64,000 nucleotides of DNA from Nitrospira sp. (lineage in GTDB: Bacteria; Nitrospirota; Nitrospiria; Nitrospirales; Nitrospiraceae), in assembly GCA_019636815.1 (NCBI GenBank), contig JAHBWT010000003.1, forward strand, positions 8,086 to 72,085. The letters are read 5' to 3'. Of the stretch, positions 57,810-64,000 are shown piece after piece; within the stretch, counting starts at the first letter, position 1, and every line of letters begins with the position of its first letter. Both the position numbers and the translations under genes were made by a program. The notes under the pieces were generated by a model. That model ran no database searches. It was given only the letters and a program-made list of their open reading frames with translations, and was not told the DNA's origin.

Positions 57810-58430
57810 ATGATGTTCGGTCTACTCCCCAAAGAAGAGGCCTTTTTCGATCTGTTGAAACAAGCGGCTCATAACGTCATAGAAGGAAGTCGTCTGCTCA
57901 AGGAGCTGATGGAGGACTATACGAACGTCCGGGAAAAGACGCTGCAAATTAAAGACGTGGAACATGTCGGTGACGGAATCACCCATGACATTGCCGTCCG
58001 CCTTAATCAGACCTTCATTACTCCCATTGACCGGGAAGACATCCATGATCTGGCCAGTGCATTGGACGATATTCTTGACGCTGTGGAAGCGGTGGCGGAT
58101 CGATGCGCCATCTACAAGATTGAGCGACCGACTGCCTGTGCGATTCGGCTGGCTGATATTCTCTACCAAGCCTGCGTCGCAGTGGGTCACGGAGTCGATC
58201 GAATCGGCATGTCACATGCCGAAGTCAAAGAGTTCACCGTGCAGGTCAACAGTCTTGAGAACGAAGCGGACCGTGTATCACGCGATGCTATTTCAGAGCT
58301 CTTTGAAAAGGAGCCGAACCCTATTGCGGTCATCAAATGGAAAGAAATTTACGAAACGCTGGAGGATGGAACCGACCGGTGCGAAGACGTCGCCAATGTG
58401 ATCGAGCGCATTGTCCTCAAACAGACGTAA
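57810..58430 (+). CDS. DUF47 family protein (PhoU-like, Pit accessory)
   Basis: 206 aa; EHVGDGITHDI..REDIHDLASALDDILD..ENEADRV pattern; sits upstream of pit. Confidence 0.85.
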   Translation: MMFGLLPKEEAFFDLLKQAAHNVIEGSRLLKELMEDYTNVREKTLQIKDVEHVGDGITHDIAVRLNQTFITPIDREDIHDLASALDDILDAVEAVADRCAIYKIERPTACAIRLADILYQACVAVGHGVDRIGMSHAEVKEFTVQVNSLENEADRVSRDAISELFEKEPNPIAVIKWKEIYETLEDGTDRCEDVANVIERIVLKQT

Positions 58431-58532
58431 CCAGCCATGAACCGAAGGCGCGTTCCTGAAGGCGCTTCATTCTCAGGCGGTTCTTACAAATGGCTTAGGT
58501 AGCCAGATTGGCGAATAGTATTCCCACTGGAT

Positions 58533-59525
58533 ATGACAGAACTCAGCGGCTTGCTTCTTATAACGGTGATCCTTGCTCTCCTGTTCGATTTTTCGAACGG
58601 GTGGCACGATTGTGCGAACGCGGTGGCGACCGTTGTGTCCACCCGTGTGCTGAGCCCGATCGCCGCGGTGTTGCTGGCGGGACTGTTGAATGTCGCCGGG
58701 GCCTTCTTTTCCACGGCAGTGGCGAAGATGATTGGGGGAGGTATTGTCTTCCCCGACGCCATTACCAATGCCGTAGTGGCTGCAGCCATGGGCGGCGCCA
58801 TTCTGTGGAATTTCCTCACGCTGATGTTAGGATTGCCCACCAGCTCGTCGCATGCGCTGATCGGCGGCCTCGTCGGCTCGGCTGTGGCCCATGGCGGCTG
58901 GACGGTGGTCCAGTTTCAAGGCCTGCACAAAATTCTTGAAGCCATGATCGTCTCTCCCCTGATGGGGTTTGTGATGGGATTTCTTATTATGATTCTCGTC
59001 GGTCGGACCTTTTCCCGGGTGCACCGAGGAGTTGCCACCAAGATATTTAGTCGGCTCCAAGTCCTTTCCGCGAGTTTCATGGCCTTTAGCCACGGAGCGA
59101 ACGATGCTCAAAAGGTGATGGGAATCATCACACTCGCTCTGGTGGCGTCCGGGCAGTTGACCACATCTGAAGTGCCGACCTGGGTGATCGTGTCCTGCGC
59201 GCTGGCAATGGGTCTTGGAACCACAGTGGGCGGGTGGCGAATTATCAGAACGTTAGGGATCAAGATGGTGAAGCTCGAGCCTGTTCACGGGTTCGCCGCT
59301 GAGACCGGTGCCGCGGCAGTCTTGCTGTTTACGGCGCACTTTGGGCTGCCGGTCAGCACGACCCACACCATCACCTCATCAATTCTGGGTGTGGGATCGA
59401 CGAAGCGGCTATCGGCGGTTCGATGGGGGGTGACGAGAAAGATCTTCTCGGCCTGGATATTTACACTGCCAGGGGCCGCCCTGTTGGGAGCGGGAGTCTA
59501 CGCTCTATTTGCGTCATTCCACTGA
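58533..59525 (+). CDS. pit: inorganic phosphate transporter, PiT family
   Basis: FDFSNGWHDCANAVATVVSTR and FSHGANDAQK repeats. Confidence 0.92.
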   Translation: MTELSGLLLITVILALLFDFSNGWHDCANAVATVVSTRVLSPIAAVLLAGLLNVAGAFFSTAVAKMIGGGIVFPDAITNAVVAAAMGGAILWNFLTLMLGLPTSSSHALIGGLVGSAVAHGGWTVVQFQGLHKILEAMIVSPLMGFVMGFLIMILVGRTFSRVHRGVATKIFSRLQVLSASFMAFSHGANDAQKVMGIITLALVASGQLTTSEVPTWVIVSCALAMGLGTTVGGWRIIRTLGIKMVKLEPVHGFAAETGAAAVLLFTAHFGLPVSTTHTITSSILGVGSTKRLSAVRWGVTRKIFSAWIFTLPGAALLGAGVYALFASFH

Positions 59526-61358
59526 GCCAGAAACTGACGTTCCGGGGTTGATGAGAAGGCGAACGACAAATCGACTTCCCCGCGGCCGATTTGCCTCCAC
59601 CCAGACCTGTCCTCCATGTCCTTCGACGATGTGTTTCACGATGGCTAATCCCAATCCGGTTCCCCCTAGCTCGCGCGATCGTGCCTTGTCGACACGGTAA
59701 AAACGCTCGAACACGCGTGGCCTGTCCTGTTCAGGGATCCCAATACCGGTATCCGCGACGCTGATATCGATCGCGTTCGCGAAAGGCTGGGTGTTCGTCA
59801 AAGCGGGAGCCGGCGTCGCAGCGACCGTGATCGTCCCGCCCTTCGGGGTATACTTGATGGCGTTATCGAGTAGGTTGGTAAGAACCTGGACGAGACGACC
59901 TTCGTCTCCTGCCACCGCCGGGAGCCTCGAATCGATCGCCGTGGTGAGATGATGGCGATTCTTGTCGGCTATCGGCTTGACGACTGAAAGCGCGCGCTCC
60001 ACCAAAGACCTCGGTTCAATCGGTTCTTTCTTGAACGAGATGCCGCCTGATTCGATCTTTGATAGCTCGAGCAGGTCTTCGATGATCAGGTTTAATCGAT
60101 CGCTTTGCTTGAGGATGATGTCCAAGAACTTCGTGGACGCCACCGGATCGTCTTTGGCTCCGTCGAGCAAGGCCTCCACATAACCTTTGATGGATGTGAG
60201 CGGTGTGCGAAGCTCGTGAGAGACGTTCGCCACGAAATCTTTCCGTATCTTTTCCAATCGACGAAGATCCGTAATATCGTGGAAGACCAACACCACACAC
60301 GCTTCGTTTTCTCGTCTCCCTCCCGCAGGTGATGCTTCAATCTGTAGGCATCGCCCCGTGAGCGGCAGCACGATTTCATCCTGATGATGCGCCGGCGAGC
60401 GCAGGATGATGGCCACCAATTCATTGAGCTGTTGATGGCGAAACAGGTCGGTACAGGGACGACCGCGTGCTTCCACACGTGAGATGCCGAACATCCGTTC
60501 CAACGCCGGATTGACCTGCAAGACGTGGCCCCGATAGTCCAAGACCATGACGCCTTCAACCATCGATGTCAGGACTGCCAGGAGTTGAGCACGATCTTCC
60601 GATAGCTCGTCGATCTTGGTCTGAAGCTGGTCGGCCACACGATTCAGTGTGCAGGCCAGGAGGCCCACTTCATCCTGTGCGGTTGTCCGGATGTGGAGGG
60701 CGTGGTTGCCGGCATCCAGTTGCCGGGCAGCCGAGACGATATCCGACAGCGGCTTGGTAATGCTGTGTGCCAACCAGACACTGAGCGTAAGGGCGACGAG
60801 GAACGCCGCTCCAAGGGAGAGAAAGAGATGCTTCCGTGTCTCCGATAGCTCACGGTCAAGCACAACCATCGGGAGTCCCACACGCACAACGAGTGGTGAA
60901 GTGTCCTGGGCTGTCTTCATGAGGACGGCCCGATACATCACCCGTTCACCGGTGGTGTGGCTGGAGCGGACATCGTGTCCCTGTCCGGTGGAAAACGCTT
61001 GGTCGACTTCAGGCCTGGATTTGTGGTTTTCAAGTGTGGAGAGGTCGGCATCTCGTACGGCGCTGTCGGCAAGGACAGTTCCGTCTACGGCGATTAAGGT
61101 CACCCGGGCCGCAGCCCGATTCCCGAGGTCGCGCGTGGTGTCCTGGAGTTGAGTGGGGAGGGGAGATGGGTGACCTGCGCCAAAGAGGGACTGGAACCCA
61201 TATTCAACGAGTTTGGTTTTCGCCTCGAGTGTCTCGCCCAGTTGTGCCAGATGCTGTCTTTCGAGGGCTTGAATCGTCATCGCGCCGGCAATGAACAGGC
61301 CACAGGCCACTGCCACCAGCGTTCCAGTCATTACCTTCCAGCGGATCGACCACGTCAT
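59514..61358 (-). CDS. phoR: phosphate regulon sensor histidine kinase PhoR-type
   Basis: VSHELRTPLTSIKGY. FYRVDKARSRELGGTGLGLAIVKH closely matches E. coli PhoR. TM-periplasmic-HAMP-PAS layout. Confidence 0.85.
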   Translation of the reverse strand: MTWSIRWKVMTGTLVAVACGLFIAGAMTIQALERQHLAQLGETLEAKTKLVEYGFQSLFGAGHPSPLPTQLQDTTRDLGNRAAARVTLIAVDGTVLADSAVRDADLSTLENHKSRPEVDQAFSTGQGHDVRSSHTTGERVMYRAVLMKTAQDTSPLVVRVGLPMVVLDRELSETRKHLFLSLGAAFLVALTLSVWLAHSITKPLSDIVSAARQLDAGNHALHIRTTAQDEVGLLACTLNRVADQLQTKIDELSEDRAQLLAVLTSMVEGVMVLDYRGHVLQVNPALERMFGISRVEARGRPCTDLFRHQQLNELVAIILRSPAHHQDEIVLPLTGRCLQIEASPAGGRRENEACVVLVFHDITDLRRLEKIRKDFVANVSHELRTPLTSIKGYVEALLDGAKDDPVASTKFLDIILKQSDRLNLIIEDLLELSKIESGGISFKKEPIEPRSLVERALSVVKPIADKNRHHLTTAIDSRLPAVAGDEGRLVQVLTNLLDNAIKYTPKGGTITVAATPAPALTNTQPFANAIDISVADTGIGIPEQDRPRVFERFYRVDKARSRELGGTGLGLAIVKHIVEGHGGQVWVEANRPRGSRFVVRLLINPGTSVSGSVE

Positions 61359-62065
61359 CCTGGCTCGTCGAAGTCTTTCAGTTTGTACCCAAGTGATTTG
61401 ACCGAGACGATGGCTTCTTCAAGGAGCGGCAGCTTCTGTTTCAACCGTCGGATGTGAACGTCGACCGTTCTGGTTGTCCCATAGTAGTCGTAGCCCCAGA
61501 CGGCATTGAGCAACACCTCGCGGGTGAGCACGCGGCCCCGATGGCGGAGCAAATGTTCGAGTAAGCCGAATTCCTTGGTCGTCAAGGTAACCTCTTGTTT
61601 ACCTAGGCTGACCTCATGCCGTGAGAGATTCATCGTGAGCGTTCCATAACGGTAGAGGTCAGGTTCGGTCTCAGGTGTGCGTTCGACTCGCCGCAGGAGA
61701 GCTTTGAGGCGGGCGACCAGCGTTTTCGGACTGAAGGGCTTGGTGACATAGTCATCTGCGCCCAGTTCGAGCCCGACGATCGTGTCCGACTCTTCGGCTT
61801 TGGCTGTCAGCATGATGATCGGGAGCATTGCAGTATCGGGAGCGGAACGCAGGCGCTTGCAGACTTCCAGCCCGTCCATCTCCGGCAGCATGAGATCAAG
61901 GACGACCAGATCGGGCTTATCCTCCGTGGCTTTCTTCAAGGCTTCGAGCCCGGTCATGGCGACGACGGTTCGAAAGCCTTCTTTCTCCAAGTAGTGCTTG
62001 ACGAGGTGCAGAATGTCGCGCTCATCTTCGACGATCAGGATTTTCTTGTGAGTCATGCTGCCCAT
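61355..62065 (-). CDS. phoB: phosphate regulon response regulator PhoB-type (OmpR family)
   Basis: ILIVEDE, MLTAKAEESDTIVGLELGADDYVTKPFSP, winged-helix C-terminus; ATGA-type overlap with phoR. Confidence 0.88.
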   Translation of the reverse strand: MGSMTHKKILIVEDERDILHLVKHYLEKEGFRTVVAMTGLEALKKATEDKPDLVVLDLMLPEMDGLEVCKRLRSAPDTAMLPIIMLTAKAEESDTIVGLELGADDYVTKPFSPKTLVARLKALLRRVERTPETEPDLYRYGTLTMNLSRHEVSLGKQEVTLTTKEFGLLEHLLRHRGRVLTREVLLNAVWGYDYYGTTRTVDVHIRRLKQKLPLLEEAIVSVKSLGYKLKDFDEPG

Positions 62066-62152
62066 GCGGATCTCTCAGCGTACGGGGGAGGGAAGAAGCT
62101 GTCAAGTAACTGCGGGAAGACGGTGGTTGAACGTAGTCCACTGCCGGACAGA

Positions 62153-63178
62153 TTACTTGTAGGCGACGGCCGCGCTTGACGGGCCTGCAAGGTGGATGAC
62201 CTCGAACCGCTTGAATCCGACATCGCCACACCACCGGCGAAAATCCGCGCCCGAATAATCGAACGCATCGCCGAATTCGATGAGCATGTTGAGGGACATG
62301 AGCAGCCCATGCACATTCTCGCGCCGGGCATCGTCAATCAGCGCTTCGATGGCCACCAACGCGCCGCCTGGTGGTAGCGCGTCGTACGCAGAGTGGATCA
62401 GGTGCATTTTTTTCTCAAGATTCCAGTCGTGCAGAATCATACCCATCGTAATGACGTCGGCCTTTAGCAGTCGGTCCTTGAAGAAGTCGCCGGACGCGGT
62501 GCTTACGCGACTCTCCAAGCCAGCGGCGGCGATGTGTTGCTTCGCGATCGGCTCGACGACCGGCAAATCAAAGCTGACGCATTTCATATGGTGGTGCCGC
62601 TTAGCGACCTCGATACTGAGCAGGCCGGTCGCACCGCCGACATCGCAGAGAGTACGGAATTGTGAGAAGTCGAACTTCTCCGCGAGGGCCTCGAAATTGA
62701 TGCGCGAGAGCCCGGTCATCGCGCCCATGAATTGTTCCAATCTGGGTAGGTTCGAATAGAGTTCCTCAAACATTCCCTTCTGGCCGTGCTTGACCTCGTT
62801 CTGCGGCCGGCCTGTCCGCACCGCCTCAGGCAGATCGTTCCAAAATTTGAACAGTCGTGCGCTGAGCATGACAAGAAGGCCACCGATGTACCGCGGACTC
62901 GTGGCATCGAGGAACAGTGCTCCTTCGGGTGTGTTGAAATACTTCGACTGTGGACCGTCACCATCGCGGCCGAGAAACTTCATAGCCACGAGGGCGTCAA
63001 AAAAGTCCGGATTCGCCCGTGGATGGAATCGCAATTCTTTGCCCAACTCCTCTCCCGTAAGGCGGCGGCTGCCGAGCGTGGTGAACAGACCAACCTCGAC
63101 GGCTGTCAGCAAGACTTTTGAGCCCCAAAAGCTGAAGGCGGTTTGTAAGATAGCGGAAGGATTCGGAGTAGGATTCAT
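62153..63178 (-). CDS. O-methyltransferase (Methyltransf_2 family with dimerisation domain)
   Basis: Inner start MNPTPNPSAILQTAF. LCDVGGATGLLSIEVAKR motif I; ILHDWN. Confidence 0.8.
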   Translation of the reverse strand: MNPTPNPSAILQTAFSFWGSKVLLTAVEVGLFTTLGSRRLTGEELGKELRFHPRANPDFFDALVAMKFLGRDGDGPQSKYFNTPEGALFLDATSPRYIGGLLVMLSARLFKFWNDLPEAVRTGRPQNEVKHGQKGMFEELYSNLPRLEQFMGAMTGLSRINFEALAEKFDFSQFRTLCDVGGATGLLSIEVAKRHHHMKCVSFDLPVVEPIAKQHIAAAGLESRVSTASGDFFKDRLLKADVITMGMILHDWNLEKKMHLIHSAYDALPPGGALVAIEALIDDARRENVHGLLMSLNMLIEFGDAFDYSGADFRRWCGDVGFKRFEVIHLAGPSSAAVAYK

Positions 63179-63227
63179 GTGTCGACATTTCCCTTGTGAG
63201 TAGGGACGAGTTGCTCGGTGCTCCTGA

Positions 63228-63635
63228 TCACCGATCTGCTCGACTCCTCGCTCGTACATCCACGAGAATTCCGCAGAGATCAATGAACACCCGTACGTTT
63301 CCTGTGGTGTCCTTCCGCGCGACCGTGAAAATGAGGTCGGACCCTGGATCTGCATAGAGTATTATTTCCTGGCTTCCAAAATACCTCGCTGGAAATTCAG
63401 GCTCGGCTATGCCCGCACTACCAGAGGGTGCAATTGGATAGATGCCGATTCTCGAACCTGTCGTCACGTGAACAGCGTAAAAAAGGGGTTGGTTAGGTTG
63501 TCCAAATCCGTTGATCCCAAGAAATTTGACATGGAACCGTTTGTTGGTGGGAACGGTACCGATGGTGACTTCCTTGCTGCTTTCTCCATTACTCAGGTTG
63601 ACGACCGCGCCCGTTTGAAAAGGTCTTTGAGCCAT
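63228..63635 (-). CDS. hypothetical protein (beta-rich, no family recognised)
   Basis: AAAGGAGG RBS 7 nt before the ATG; 135 aa with no signal peptide. Confidence 0.55.
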   Translation of the reverse strand: MAQRPFQTGAVVNLSNGESSKEVTIGTVPTNKRFHVKFLGINGFGQPNQPLFYAVHVTTGSRIGIYPIAPSGSAGIAEPEFPARYFGSQEIILYADPGSDLIFTVARKDTTGNVRVFIDLCGILVDVRARSRADR

Positions 63636-63737
63636 CTGAGGCGCCTCCTTTCACAAGAAGGAAACAAAGAGCGAAGAGTTTTGAGTTGCCACTAGAATAT
63701 GAAATCTCGACAGACTCCTGGATTGCCCCGCTCTCTG

Positions 63738-64000
63738 CTATCTCTTCTTCACCACTCGTGTGACGATCTGTTCGGCGCGGCCGATCGTCTTGCCTAAGAA
63801 GCCGCCGACGGCTTGGCCGACCTTCCTTGCCTGACGACTGGTGGGCGTGGACTTCGCCTTCTTGACCCCTTTCTTGAGCTGACGGCTCGATGTGGATGCA
63901 GCATCAGCAACGGTTTTCTTGAGTTGACGAGCCGTTGCGCCAGCCTTGCCTCGAAGAGCCTTTCCCTTTCGCGCAAGCTGCTTTCCAGCAGTGGCAACTT
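63738..64000 (-). CDS. C-terminal part of a Lys/Arg-rich basic protein; gene starts beyond the window end
   Basis: Not in track (no start in window). Own translation ..GKQLARKGKALRGKAGATARQLKKTVADAASTSSRQLKKGVKKAKSTPTSRQARKVGQAVGGFLGKTIGRAEQIVTRVVKKR, stop at 63738-63740. Internal ARQLKK/SRQLKK repeats. Confidence 0.4.
   Translation of the reverse strand, partial: VATAGKQLARKGKALRGKAGATARQLKKTVADAASTSSRQLKKGVKKAKSTPTSRQARKVGQAVGGFLGKTIGRAEQIVTRVVKKR

Overview
This is 64 kb of a moderately GC-rich bacterial chromosome. Gene content and protein sequences give me a Nitrospirota-like impression, which I cannot verify here. I support about 66 protein-coding genes and saw no rRNA, tRNA or CRISPR array.

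Gene order, left to right:
- a partial CPA2 antiporter
- an eight-gene minus-strand operon: P-type ATPase, tandem USP, MrpA(B)CDEFG
- a CDGSH Fe-S protein plus a GAF/sigma54 activator
- pirin, DoxX and an orphan secreted protein
- a zinc-ribbon + STAS pair
- an RND efflux triplet
- nitroreductase, SDR and NmrA
- a multiply frameshifted AlkA-like pseudogene
- a ferredoxin-MBL fusion plus a BT1-like transporter
- TfoX_N, methyltransferase, lipoprotein and DUF1059
- a lower-GC patch with two tandem 60-aa membrane-protein paralogs, dinB and a PilZ protein
- an SSS transporter
- a REC protein plus a second zinc-ribbon paralog
- PBP1A, bactofilin and a TPR protein
- a RayT-type Y1 transposase bracketed by 13-bp inverted repeats
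- an AI-2E transporter
- a four-gene signalling operon: REC, Rossmann-HK, Cache/HAMP/PAS-HK, DUF3365 heme c
- BolA and a monothiol glutaredoxin
- a cyclase, a DUF429-like protein, a degraded nucleotidyltransferase and a bacterial IDO
- ahcY-metK
- TlpA-CcdA
- BamD, FabH, DUF47-Pit, PhoR-PhoB
- an O-methyltransferase and orphan genes

The most interesting non-obvious signals are:
1. Two near-identical sigma54 -24/-12 promoters, each with an upstream GCCGA/TCGGC palindrome. They link the CDGSH/GAF-activator pair to the DoxX unit and the zinc-ribbon/STAS unit.
2. A family of structured intergenic repeats with CAGGATGYTGAAA termini that abut TAG stop codons.
3. Paralogous C4 zinc-ribbon proteins, each paired with a one-domain signalling protein.
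4. Mutually exclusive helices in the metK-ahcY spacer, where an SAH riboswitch would be expected but is not recognisable.
5. A heme-c/Rossmann-kinase signalling operon.
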